A stretch of 64,000 nt of DNA from Alphaproteobacteria bacterium (GTDB lineage Bacteria > Pseudomonadota > Alphaproteobacteria > SP197), in contig OZ219747.1 of the NCBI GenBank assembly GCA_964291265.2, positions 3,488,001-3,552,000 on the forward strand, written 5' to 3'. The number at the start of each line of letters is the position of its first letter. Position 1 is the first letter of the stretch. Positions 32,331 through 40,781 of this stretch are shown piece by piece. The notes below the pieces were generated by a model that worked only from the letters and a program-made list of their open reading frames with translations, searched no databases and was not told where the DNA came from. The translations under genes and the position numbers were made by a program.

Positions 32331-32716
32331 CCGAAGTTCCAGCACCGTTCAGACGTATCGTTATGAATGTATTGACGATTGAAAGAATCGCGTGTGTCGC
32401 TACTGGGACCGCTAGAGGCGCACGCCGAGGTGGTTCAGGGCTTTTTTATGGAGCGTCGTGGGCCGCGTGGTGACTTGGAAGGGCCGCAGGGTTTCGACGT
32501 TCTCCATGGGCCAGGAGGAGAGACTGGTGGCGGGCGGCTCATGCGGTTGGGGACGATGTCCACGTACATGGCAACGTACATGGGGGCAACAGCTGCCTGT
32601 GTCAACAGGGTGTTTCACCTTTACATGGGAACTCTTGCATGTTGTCTCTGTACGTTTTTATCAGTAATATCAACTAGTTGGTGTGGTTGTATTGCTAAAA
32701 TCGTCCGGAACTTCGG
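32331..32716 (-). mobile_element. 386-bp MITE derived from IS1634 copy 2
   Basis: Same TIRs; TSD CTTAAC (32325-30, 32717-22); LSSWPMENVETLR joined to PFQVTTRPT. Confidence 0.9.
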
Positions 32717-33099
32717 CTTAACCCGAAGACGGGGCTTCGCGAGCCCGTCTCCAAGTCCACCATCCACCGGGTTATCCAGTCGATCGACCCCGAGGCTCTG
32801 GAGGATGTGCTCGCCCGCTGGTCCCGGCCGCGGCTTCACCTCGCCCGTGCACTCGCCGCCGACGGCTGTCGGCGGCGATTTAGAACGGCGGGATTTCGGC
32901 GGAGAAGTGCTTCTGAATGTGTGAGTTGGGTGACCACGGTCAGGGCAACGTGCGGCATTGGACGACGTGCCGCGCGGTCTTTGTTTTCTGCCTGTTGTTG
33001 GGTCCCACCCATTGGTCTTTGCGTTGGCGTTGACGATGTTGTTCCGGTTGGCGTTTTGGCGTTCGTCGTCTGTAGCAAGTGACGTGAGGGGGAGCTTCG

Positions 33100-33308
33100 G
33101 GCTTGGAGATTGAGCCAGAACTCGCCCGAGGTGCCGAAAAACGCCCCAAGCGCAGGACGATATTGCTCGTGACCGACCGTCGGCCGTTGAGAATCTCGGT
33201 TATGCGCTTCACCGGCACTTCAATGCGTCACGCCAACTCCGACACACTCATGCCGAGCGCATCGAGATCCTCACGCAGCGTCTCGCCAAGATGGATGGGT
33301 TCGCCCAT
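33100..33308 (-). pseudogene. HigA-family antitoxin (HTH) pseudogene
   Basis: MGEPIHLGETLREDLDALGMSVSELA*RIEVPVKRITEILNGRRSVT..IVLRLGRF, with an in-frame TGA and a later frameshift. Confidence 0.7.
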
Positions 33309-33421
33309 GTCCTGCCTCCTCTCGATGGTAGTTCTTGAGGTGCGCGTCCCGATCCCCGTGCTCGCGGTACCTCCGGAACAAGGAATGCCTGCCGAAGCTC
33401 GCCCTGCGTCCGCCCAAGCGG

Positions 33422-34067
33422 CTACGGTGCGGGTGCCGCCACGAAGCCTTGGTCGGGATGGTCGGCTTCGACCGGACGCCAGCCTTCCGCGTGCAGCAGC
33501 TCCACGACCCGATCATCGCCGAGGTCGGGATACAGAACCAGCCGGTTGTCGGCAAACCTTGCGGACACCTGCCGCCGCTCCAGCCGGGCGTCGCGGTACG
33601 CCGCCGGAACCACCGCAGGCAGCGGAAGGCGCACGTCGGTTCCCATCAGCAAGGAGATAAGGGTGTCCATGCCGGGGTCCGTCGATCCACTGGAGCGGTT
33701 GACGGCGAAGATCACTTGGTCGATGCGCCGGTTGAGGGCGTCATGGTTCTCGGCGGTCCGCTCCTGAAAGGCCCGGAAATCAGCTTCCAGCCGGTCAAAT
33801 CGATGCTCGAACGTGTCGAACCGCTCGCTCAGCGCACCGATACGGGCATCCAGCGCACCAATACGAGCATCCAACCGCTCGCCCTGCGCACCGATACGAT
33901 TGTCGATCTGGCGATCCAGAAACCCGCCGACGGCCAGCAGCACGACAAGGACCGGCCCGTGTTCCTTGATCCAGTTCCAGAAGGCCAAGTGCCCCCTCCC
34001 GCTACTTGTTTTCCCTTCCAAGATAGTCCCGTCGGCCGCCGAGCGCAACGATGCCCCTTCCGGGAAC
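33422..34067 (-). CDS. Hypothetical protein with one TM segment and a coiled coil (LDARIGA repeats); true start unclear
   Basis: PVLVVLLAVGGF followed by heptad-like repeats. The ORF's 5' extension runs into the ISAs1-like end. Confidence 0.5.
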
Positions 34068-35286
34068 CAAGATCGTTCCACGCTGGAATTCGCTTGATTT
34101 CTCTTGACGTAAGGCGTTTGTATGTTGCAGGCGCGCGGACATTTCCCGCTGGCCATCCCGCTTGGGATGTGCGACGGTCCGGTCATGTCGATTCGCAAGG
34201 GGAGCGATTCTCATACGGGGTAATTTTGTTTAATGTTTCCCGAGTGTCTCATCATATGGGCCATGCCGCCGTCCTTCTCGGAAACATCTATGTAAGTTCC
34301 TCATAAATCGTCCTTTGACAGTCTTCGGAACACCTTTGAACCAATAGTGCTGATGAAACGTAGCTGTGATAACAACCACCGGCACGGGTCAAATTAAGTC
34401 CGAATATGCGTCAAATTCCTGAATTTTGATACAACACACAAAGTAACGTGGCCGGATACTCGACAAACAGCGTACTTTGCAAATACATAACGGGTACTAA
34501 CGACGAACACATTACCCCGTATGAGAACCACACCCTTCGCAAGCGCATGGAAGCTGTCCCGATCCATCAGGAAGCTCCTGAGGGTTTTTCCCGGTCTGAG
34601 GTTGAGGTTCGCCTGGCGAGGCCGGAGGAGCGTCCGCCCCTGGACGCGCTGATGAACGAGTACCACGATCTCGGCTTCCGTCGCCTGGCGGGTCGCGGTC
34701 TGCGCTACCTTGCGACCTTCAGGGGCCATTGGCTGGGTCTGGCGGCGTGGCAGAACGGCGCCTTCAAGTGCGCTCCCCGCGACCAGTGGACCGGCTGGAA
34801 GCCTTAAGCAGCAGTTCCAGCGGCTCGGGGTGGTGGCCAACAACACGCGGTTCCTGATCCTCTCCAAGCCCGGGGTGTTTGCGAACCTTGCTTCTGAGTT
34901 TCCTTGCGTGCATGACGCGCCGGCTCTGTGACGACTGGCTGAAGGTGCACGGCCACGGGGTGCTGCTGGCGGAGACGTTGAAGCGATCCGGAGATCTTTG
35001 CCGGCACGATGTTGAGGGCTGCGGGCTGGACGTGTCTGGGTGAGACCAAGGGGTTTGCCCGCTCCAACGGGCGTTATACCGATCCTCACGGCAAACCCAA
35101 GGATATCTACGTTACGGCACTGAGGCGCGATGCCCGGGCGCTGCTGTCGAGCCCGCTGCCGCTTCCCCCCGACGTGGCGCCGCCCTCATGCCCCGAACTG
35201 GCGCCCCGGGACCCCAAGGTGCTGCGCTCGCTCTACGCTTAAGCGCGGCCATTCCCGACTTCCGCCGGGCGCAGGGAAGGAAGCAT
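34068..35286 (+). mobile_element. ISAs1-like DUF4338 element copy 2, truncated pseudogene
   Basis: Near-identical to 24964-25797 plus 32159-32201, with the same frameshifts. Confidence 0.85.
34200..34535. mobile_element. 336-bp AT-rich MITE
   Basis: 25-bp TIR (GGGAGCGATTCTCATACGGGGTAAT, 3 mismatches); 8-bp TSD TTCGCAAG; empty site at 25091-98. Confidence 0.9.
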
Positions 35287-35644
35287 GGGTCAGGAATGGC
35301 GAACGCACGACCTCAACCCGTGTTGAGAAACGGACAACATCGCAATCCGATCCTGAATGACGCGGTCTGTTGATGCAGCGAAGTTTCGGCTGTGCGACGG
35401 CGACAGGCCCGTTGAACCGGAGGCAGCACGGCAGAGGTGCGGAGTGCCTGGCGCGGACCGTCTTGGGGGAAGCAACCGGAGTTCGGCGAGGTCGAGAGGG
35501 GAACGGGAACTCACAGGAGACGGTCTTGCCGGCGAGGTTGCGGGGGATGACGCACCTCTGCCAACGCGCCCTTTGTGTGCCCCGGTGGTGCGGCTCGCGG
35601 CGGATTGCCGGCATTGATCGTGGTTCGGGACATCCCGGGTGAAT

Positions 35645-36694
35645 TCACTCAGGCGACGGGCGGAGTTCCTGGCAGGGGAAGACGAGAACGGAATCGTGGT
35701 CGAAGCGAATTCTGACGTCACTGCCAGGTTCCGGTGCGGTCTGGCCCAGGATGCGCGCCCGCAGTGTCTCGCCGTTCGCGAGGCGCAGGGAAACGAGCGT
35801 GGAATGGCCGACCAGCCGGCGTTCGATCACCCGTGCGCCGGGACCCTCGCCTTCGGGTGCGAGGTGCAGACCTTCCGGGCGAATCAGGACATCCACCCTC
35901 TGGCCGCTGACGAATCCGTCAACCAGGACATCGCCCACCGGTGAGCGGACCCGGCCGGGAACCGCAGTGCCATGCAGCCAGTTGACGTCACCGAGGAAGC
36001 GCGCCACGAAGGCCGTCGCCGGGCGCCGGTAGATCGCGCCCGGTGTGCCCGCCTGGAGCAGTCTGCCGCCCTGGAGCACGGCAATGCGGTCGCCGAGATA
36101 GAGCGCTTCCTCGGCGTCGTGGGTGACAACCAGTGTTGTCGTCCCGATGCCGCGCAGGACCTGGAGAGTCCGGTCCCTCACCGATTCACGCAGGCGCACG
36201 TCGAGACCGGAAAACGGCTCGTCGAGCAGCAGGATGCGTGGCCTTGGCGCCAGCGCCCGCGCCAGGGCGACACGCTGCTGTTCACCACCCGACAGCATGT
36301 GCGGGTACTTCTGCGCGTAGCCGCCGAGACCGACCATGTCGAGAAGGTCCGCGACCGTGGATGTCGCCTGCCGGCGCCCGCGCAGGCCAAAGGCGACGTT
36401 GTCGGCGACAGTGAGATGAGGGAACAGGGCAAACTCCTGGAACACAAGACCCACGCCCCGTTCTTCGGGTGGCCGGTGGACGCCGTTCCCGGCGACCACT
36501 TCGTCGCCGATGCGAATCTCTCCGGTCACAAGGGCCTCGAGTCCGGCGGCAAGGTGCAGGGCGGTGGTCTTGCCGCATCCCGAGGGGCCGACCAGGCACA
36601 TGACTTCGCCGTCACCAATCTCGAGATCGACTTGTTTCAGGGCTTCTTCACCGGCCCAGGAATGGCTGACGCCGCGAAAGGACAATCCGGGCAT
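35645..36694 (-). CDS. ABC transporter ATP-binding protein (FbpC/PotA-like, TOBE domain)
   Basis: GPSGCGKTT, LSGGEQQR, LLDEPF. Confidence 0.9.
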   Translation of the reverse strand: MPGLSFRGVSHSWAGEEALKQVDLEIGDGEVMCLVGPSGCGKTTALHLAAGLEALVTGEIRIGDEVVAGNGVHRPPEERGVGLVFQEFALFPHLTVADNVAFGLRGRRQATSTVADLLDMVGLGGYAQKYPHMLSGGEQQRVALARALAPRPRILLLDEPFSGLDVRLRESVRDRTLQVLRGIGTTTLVVTHDAEEALYLGDRIAVLQGGRLLQAGTPGAIYRRPATAFVARFLGDVNWLHGTAVPGRVRSPVGDVLVDGFVSGQRVDVLIRPEGLHLAPEGEGPGARVIERRLVGHSTLVSLRLANGETLRARILGQTAPEPGSDVRIRFDHDSVLVFPCQELRPSPE

Positions 36695-36733
36695 GAAACA
36701 TCCGCATGCTGATCACGCGGCGGGGATGCTATC

Positions 36734-36755
36734 TGCAAGCAGTTCTTATTTTCAA
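36734..36755 (-). promoter_or_regulatory. Possible iron-box (Fur-like) site upstream of the ABC ATPase
   Basis: AT-rich AATAAGAACTGCTTGCA, loosely similar to Fur-type operators. Confidence 0.25.
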
Positions 36756-36774
36756 GTCTTGCGTTGCGCTCTTT

Positions 36775-37356
36775 TCAGGACGGCTCTTCCTCGGCGTCCC
36801 CGGAGTCTCCCGGCAGGGGCAGATGCGGCCTGCTGTCGAGCAGCCCCGCGGCCAGCAACTCGTCGCGTCCCGGCAGGTCGTCCACCGATTCAAGACCGAA
36901 GTGTTCGAGAAACTCACCGCTGGTCCGCCACTGCAGGGGCCTGCCCGGTGTGCGCCTGCGTCCCGCCGGACGGATCCAGCCAATCTCCAGGAGGAGATCA
37001 AGCGTCCCTCGCGACAGTGAAACGCCCCGGATGCCCTCGACCTCGGCACGGGTCACGGGCTGATGATAGGCGACAATGGCGAGGGTCTCGAGGGCAGCCC
37101 GCGACAGCCGACGGCGGCGTTGGGACCGGATCCTGAGAACCGCGCCAAGGTCCGCCGCCGTGCGAAAGGACCACTTGCCGGCAATCCGCACCGGTTCGAC
37201 ACCCCGTCCCCTGTAGTCCTCTGCAAGCTGACCCAGACAGGCCCCGACATCAGCGTCCACGCCGAGCCGCGAGGCAATCTCCTTCTCGTCGACAGGGCGG
37301 GGCGACGCGAACAGCAGTGCTTCGACGATACGCACATCCCGAGTCGGCGCCTTCAT
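36775..37356 (-). CDS. scpB: SMC-Scp complex subunit ScpB
   Basis: VEALLFAS, LSRAALETLAIVAYHQPVTRAEVEGIRGV. Confidence 0.95.
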   Translation of the reverse strand: MKAPTRDVRIVEALLFASPRPVDEKEIASRLGVDADVGACLGQLAEDYRGRGVEPVRIAGKWSFRTAADLGAVLRIRSQRRRRLSRAALETLAIVAYHQPVTRAEVEGIRGVSLSRGTLDLLLEIGWIRPAGRRRTPGRPLQWRTSGEFLEHFGLESVDDLPGRDELLAAGLLDSRPHLPLPGDSGDAEEEPS

Positions 37357-38135
37357 GGTCCCCGCCTTCTGATCTCGACCGGTTTCCAGGCGCCATCCTG
37401 GCGCAGTTCCGCCTTCCCCTGACGGGCCAGTTCAAGCCCCGCCACCAGGGTCGAACTGACAACGGAGCGATAGTAGAGGCCGCTGTGCAGGTCTTCGGGA
37501 AGCAGACAGGTGATCTCCTTCCAGTCGGGCAGGTCACCGAGCATCGCTTCGAGGCGATGCAGCGCCGCCTCCACGGAGAACACCTCGACAGGCTCCGGAC
37601 GCCAGTCCTGCCGCTTTGCACGCTGAAGGAGTTCGCCATAGGCCCTGAGCAGGCGCCAGAGGGACTCGCGCCACACGTCCTGGGTTTCGACGGGCAGGTC
37701 TTCAGCGTGGCCGCGGCGAAAGACGTCACGATCGAGAAGGGGAAGCGCCATGAGCGCCCGGGCGCTGTCCCGCATCGACTCGAGCCGGCGCAGCTGGAAC
37801 TGCAACGCCTCGGCCATGAGTTCCGGTGACGGCTCTTCCTCCTCTTCCCTGGGGATGAGAAGCCGGGACTTGAGGTAGGCAAGCCAGGCCGCCATGACGA
37901 GGTAGTCTGCGGCAAGCTCGAGATGGTGGTGACGGGCCCGGGCCACGAACGCAAGGTACTGATCCGCCAGATCCACCATGGATATGCGGGCAAGATCGAC
38001 CTTCTGCTGACGCGCCAGGGCCAGGAGGACATCGAGCGGACCTTCGTAGCCCGCCACATCCACCCGGAAGACCACGGACGGACCGGGCACAGGGCCCGCC
38101 GCGTCTTCGGCAAAGTCCTCATCGGTCACCCGCAT
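37353..38135 (-). CDS. scpA: Segregation/condensation protein ScpA
   Basis: YEGPLDVLL, AADYLVMAAWLAYLKSRLL. Confidence 0.95.
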   Translation of the reverse strand: MRVTDEDFAEDAAGPVPGPSVVFRVDVAGYEGPLDVLLALARQQKVDLARISMVDLADQYLAFVARARHHHLELAADYLVMAAWLAYLKSRLLIPREEEEEPSPELMAEALQFQLRRLESMRDSARALMALPLLDRDVFRRGHAEDLPVETQDVWRESLWRLLRAYGELLQRAKRQDWRPEPVEVFSVEAALHRLEAMLGDLPDWKEITCLLPEDLHSGLYYRSVVSSTLVAGLELARQGKAELRQDGAWKPVEIRRRGP

Positions 38136-38163
38136 TCCCGCCTCGATTCCAGAGGACCGGCCA

Positions 38164-38853
38164 TCATACCATCGCGATGGCAATGATGGCGCCAATGATG
38201 GCCTCGACCGGAGGCAGGAGGAGACGGGAGAGAATGTTGATGTCAAGCCCGATCTGCTCTCCGATGAGGGGCGGCAACGCGATGAGGGCGACAAGGATGG
38301 CGATTCCGTATCGTTCGATGCGTTGGAAGCGCATCGCCAGGGGCGCCGAAAGAAGGCCGGTCACCACGCGCCCGCCATCGAGCGGTGGCAACGGCAGCAT
38401 GTTGAAGACCGCCAGCACGACGTTGATGATCAGCGCATTCCTCAGGTTGGCGGCAAGCCAGGCGGAGGCCGCATCGGGGACGAGGGCCACGAGGTGAAAG
38501 GCGAGCGCCGCCGCAAGGGCCATCAGAAGATTGATGGCCGGACCGGCCGCCGCTACCAGGACCATGTCGCGGCGCGGCCGGTCGAGACGATGGAACCGCA
38601 CGGGGACCGGCCGGGCATAGCCGAACAGGAACGGCGCCTGGAAGAGGAGCAGCATGCACGGCAGCAGAATCGTTCCGAACCGGTCGATGTGCTTCAGGGG
38701 ATTGAACGTCACCCGTCCCATGAGCCTCGCCGTGTCGTCCCCGAGTTTCCACGCCGCCCAGCCGTGCGCCGCTTCGTGAAGTGTGATGGCGGTCACCACC
38801 GGCAGGGCCCAGACCGAAACCAGCCACAGGATTCCCTCCACGTCGAAGCTCAT
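38164..38853 (-). CDS. Site-2 protease (M50) family protein
   Basis: HEAAH, AAAGP, NMLPLPPLDG. Confidence 0.92.
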   Translation of the reverse strand: MSFDVEGILWLVSVWALPVVTAITLHEAAHGWAAWKLGDDTARLMGRVTFNPLKHIDRFGTILLPCMLLLFQAPFLFGYARPVPVRFHRLDRPRRDMVLVAAAGPAINLLMALAAALAFHLVALVPDAASAWLAANLRNALIINVVLAVFNMLPLPPLDGGRVVTGLLSAPLAMRFQRIERYGIAILVALIALPPLIGEQIGLDINILSRLLLPPVEAIIGAIIAIAMV

Positions 38854-39842
38854 GGCCCGGCCACCAGATGCACGAGTTCGGCGCGCGCCGCACCCGGGTC
38901 AAACCCGGGTTGCGGCGGACGGCGCATTGCCGCCGCTCTCGTCACCCGCTCCAGGGCCGCACCGACGAGCTCCGGCGTTGCAGCGGCAACCCGCTCACGC
39001 ACGTCAAGGGACTGGTTGCAGTGCATCACCAGGTCGACTCCGGCGGCGATGCACGATCGGGCCCTTGCTTCATGAGGACCGCTCAGCGCCTCCATGTCAA
39101 TCGCGTCACTCACCAGCACACCGGCAAAGCCCAGTTCACCACGAATGATGCGCCGCACCACATCCGGTGATGCCGAAGCCGGATTCCGGCTGTCGATGGC
39201 CGTGTAGACGACATGGGCCACCATGCCGAAGGGACTGCCGGCCAGACGTCGGAAGGGAACGAAGTCCCGTTCCCGCAGAACAGCGAGATCCGCCTCGACG
39301 CGCGGCAACCTGTGGTGTGGGTTCTCAGTCACTCGGCCGTGGCCTGGCATGTGCTTGATCGTCGCCTGCACGCCGCCGGCGCCAAGGCCGTCGACGAAGG
39401 CCGTTCCGAGGTCGCCGACACGGTCGGGGTCGTGGGAGAAGGCACGATCACCGATGACATCGTCCATGCCGGCGAGACGCAGGTCGAGCGACGGCGCGCA
39501 GGTGACGTCGATGCCCAGTGACGCCATGTCGTGGGCCAGCAGGCGACCGGCAAGCCGGGCGGCCCTCTCCCCTCCCCGGGCAATCGTGGCAGGAGGAAGA
39601 CCAGACCACCAGTGCGGTCCCCGGAGACGTGCCACCCGCCCCCCTTCCTGATCGATCATGACCGGCGCGTCCTGGCGCCCGACGATGTCGCGGAAGGAGG
39701 CCACGAGATCACAGACCTGGAGCGGATCGGCGATGTTGCGGCTGAACACAATGATGCCCAGTGGATCGAAGGCGCGGAGGAAGGATCTCTCTGGCGCCGT
39801 GATGGAGGTTCCGGCGATATCGGTGATGAGAGCGCGCGGCAC
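38850..39842 (-). CDS. nagZ: Beta-N-acetylhexosaminidase
   Basis: IDQEGGRV, KHMPGHG, SDAIDM. Confidence 0.92.
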   Translation of the reverse strand: MPRALITDIAGTSITAPERSFLRAFDPLGIIVFSRNIADPLQVCDLVASFRDIVGRQDAPVMIDQEGGRVARLRGPHWWSGLPPATIARGGERAARLAGRLLAHDMASLGIDVTCAPSLDLRLAGMDDVIGDRAFSHDPDRVGDLGTAFVDGLGAGGVQATIKHMPGHGRVTENPHHRLPRVEADLAVLRERDFVPFRRLAGSPFGMVAHVVYTAIDSRNPASASPDVVRRIIRGELGFAGVLVSDAIDMEALSGPHEARARSCIAAGVDLVMHCNQSLDVRERVAAATPELVGAALERVTRAAAMRRPPQPGFDPGAARAELVHLVAGP

Positions 39843-39846
39843 GGTG

Positions 39847-40689
39847 TCAGTGCGTCACGACAAGGCAATCAAGGCCACGCTCGACAGCGGCAGCGCACAG
39901 ATCCTCGGCGTTCTGTTTCGCCTCGAATTCGCCGATGGTGACGCGGAAGAACAGGCTGCCGTCGACGGATGTCCTGGTGATGATGGCCTCCATGCCGCCA
40001 AAGAGATCGTTGTGTTCGCGATGCAGCCGGTCCCAGGCGGCCACTGCCGCTTCCTCACTGGAAAGGGAAGCAACGCGGACACCATAGCGCCTTTCGGAGC
40101 CGATTTCCGGATCGCCGACAGCCTCTTCCCCAAGGGAGGCGGCAACATCCGAAAACGACAATGAACCTGTCCCGGCGGCATCATCGGCAGCCAGGGCGTC
40201 CGGTCTCCAGTCCACTTGTGGCGCCGACGGCCTGTCCCCTGGCAGGGGAGGCACCAGGGGAGGACTTTCGTCGAGAGCCTCGTCGACCATGGCCGTGACC
40301 TGATCGGCATCAAAGATCGGTTCCGCCGCCACCCCCTCGATGGCGGACTCCAACGGCGCCTCGGTGACATCGACGACCTCGTCCCTCACCTCCCGCGCTC
40401 CGGTATCGAGTACAAGTGGTTCCTCCGGAGGAGGCATCAGAACCTCATGCCCTTCCGTCTCCTCTCCGTTGGCGGTGGTTTCGAGAACCAGGATGCCGGT
40501 GTTGGGAATCTCCGATACATCGGCGGTTTCCGGCGCCACCCGGAAGGGCGCGGGATCGGCCCGGAACACCGCAACTTCCCTGTCTTCGATACCGCCCCTG
40601 TCAAGCCAGGCAAACCACGCGACGACACCGGCAGCCAAGACAACCAGGAACAGCGCGATGACGAGGCGCCGCATTCCGTTCCGTCGCAC
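39847..40689 (-). CDS. SPOR domain protein
   Basis: N-terminal TM, acidic linker and C-terminal SPOR (VRVAS..SEEAA...FFRV..G); lies between argS and nagZ. Confidence 0.85.
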   Translation of the reverse strand: MRRNGMRRLVIALFLVVLAAGVVAWFAWLDRGGIEDREVAVFRADPAPFRVAPETADVSEIPNTGILVLETTANGEETEGHEVLMPPPEEPLVLDTGAREVRDEVVDVTEAPLESAIEGVAAEPIFDADQVTAMVDEALDESPPLVPPLPGDRPSAPQVDWRPDALAADDAAGTGSLSFSDVAASLGEEAVGDPEIGSERRYGVRVASLSSEEAAVAAWDRLHREHNDLFGGMEAIITRTSVDGSLFFRVTIGEFEAKQNAEDLCAAAVERGLDCLVVTH

Positions 40690-40781
40690 GGGCGCCGTCC
40701 CCTCCTCCAGGGCGGGAGTCTCCGTTCCTTCCCGGGGTTCGGGTCCTCCACCGGCGAAGAGCGTTGGTTCGCGGCGGTCGA

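Larger units (their letters stand above)
24964..32866 (+). mobile_element. ISAs1-like DUF4338 element copy 1 (pseudogene), interrupted by two IS1634 and a MITE
   Basis: DUF4338 25102-25790 in three frames. Continues at 32159 (IPDFRRAQGRKH...GAWLNPK) and 32723 (STIHRV...ALAADG). Copy 2 (34068..35286) shows the empty CTTAAG site. Confidence 0.8.

Noticed and set aside
32867-33080. Right end of the Tn5-like element (GAGTTGGGTGACCACGGTCAG at 32943), paired with an end-like sequence near 21978
   Set aside because: Similarity to the other IS4 ends is weak, it overlaps a CAGGGC that could be an ISAs1 end, and no TSD supports it.
1-35286. A complete Druantia defence system
   Set aside because: Only DruA-family domains inside IS elements are present; there is no DruE helicase or other dru gene in the window.
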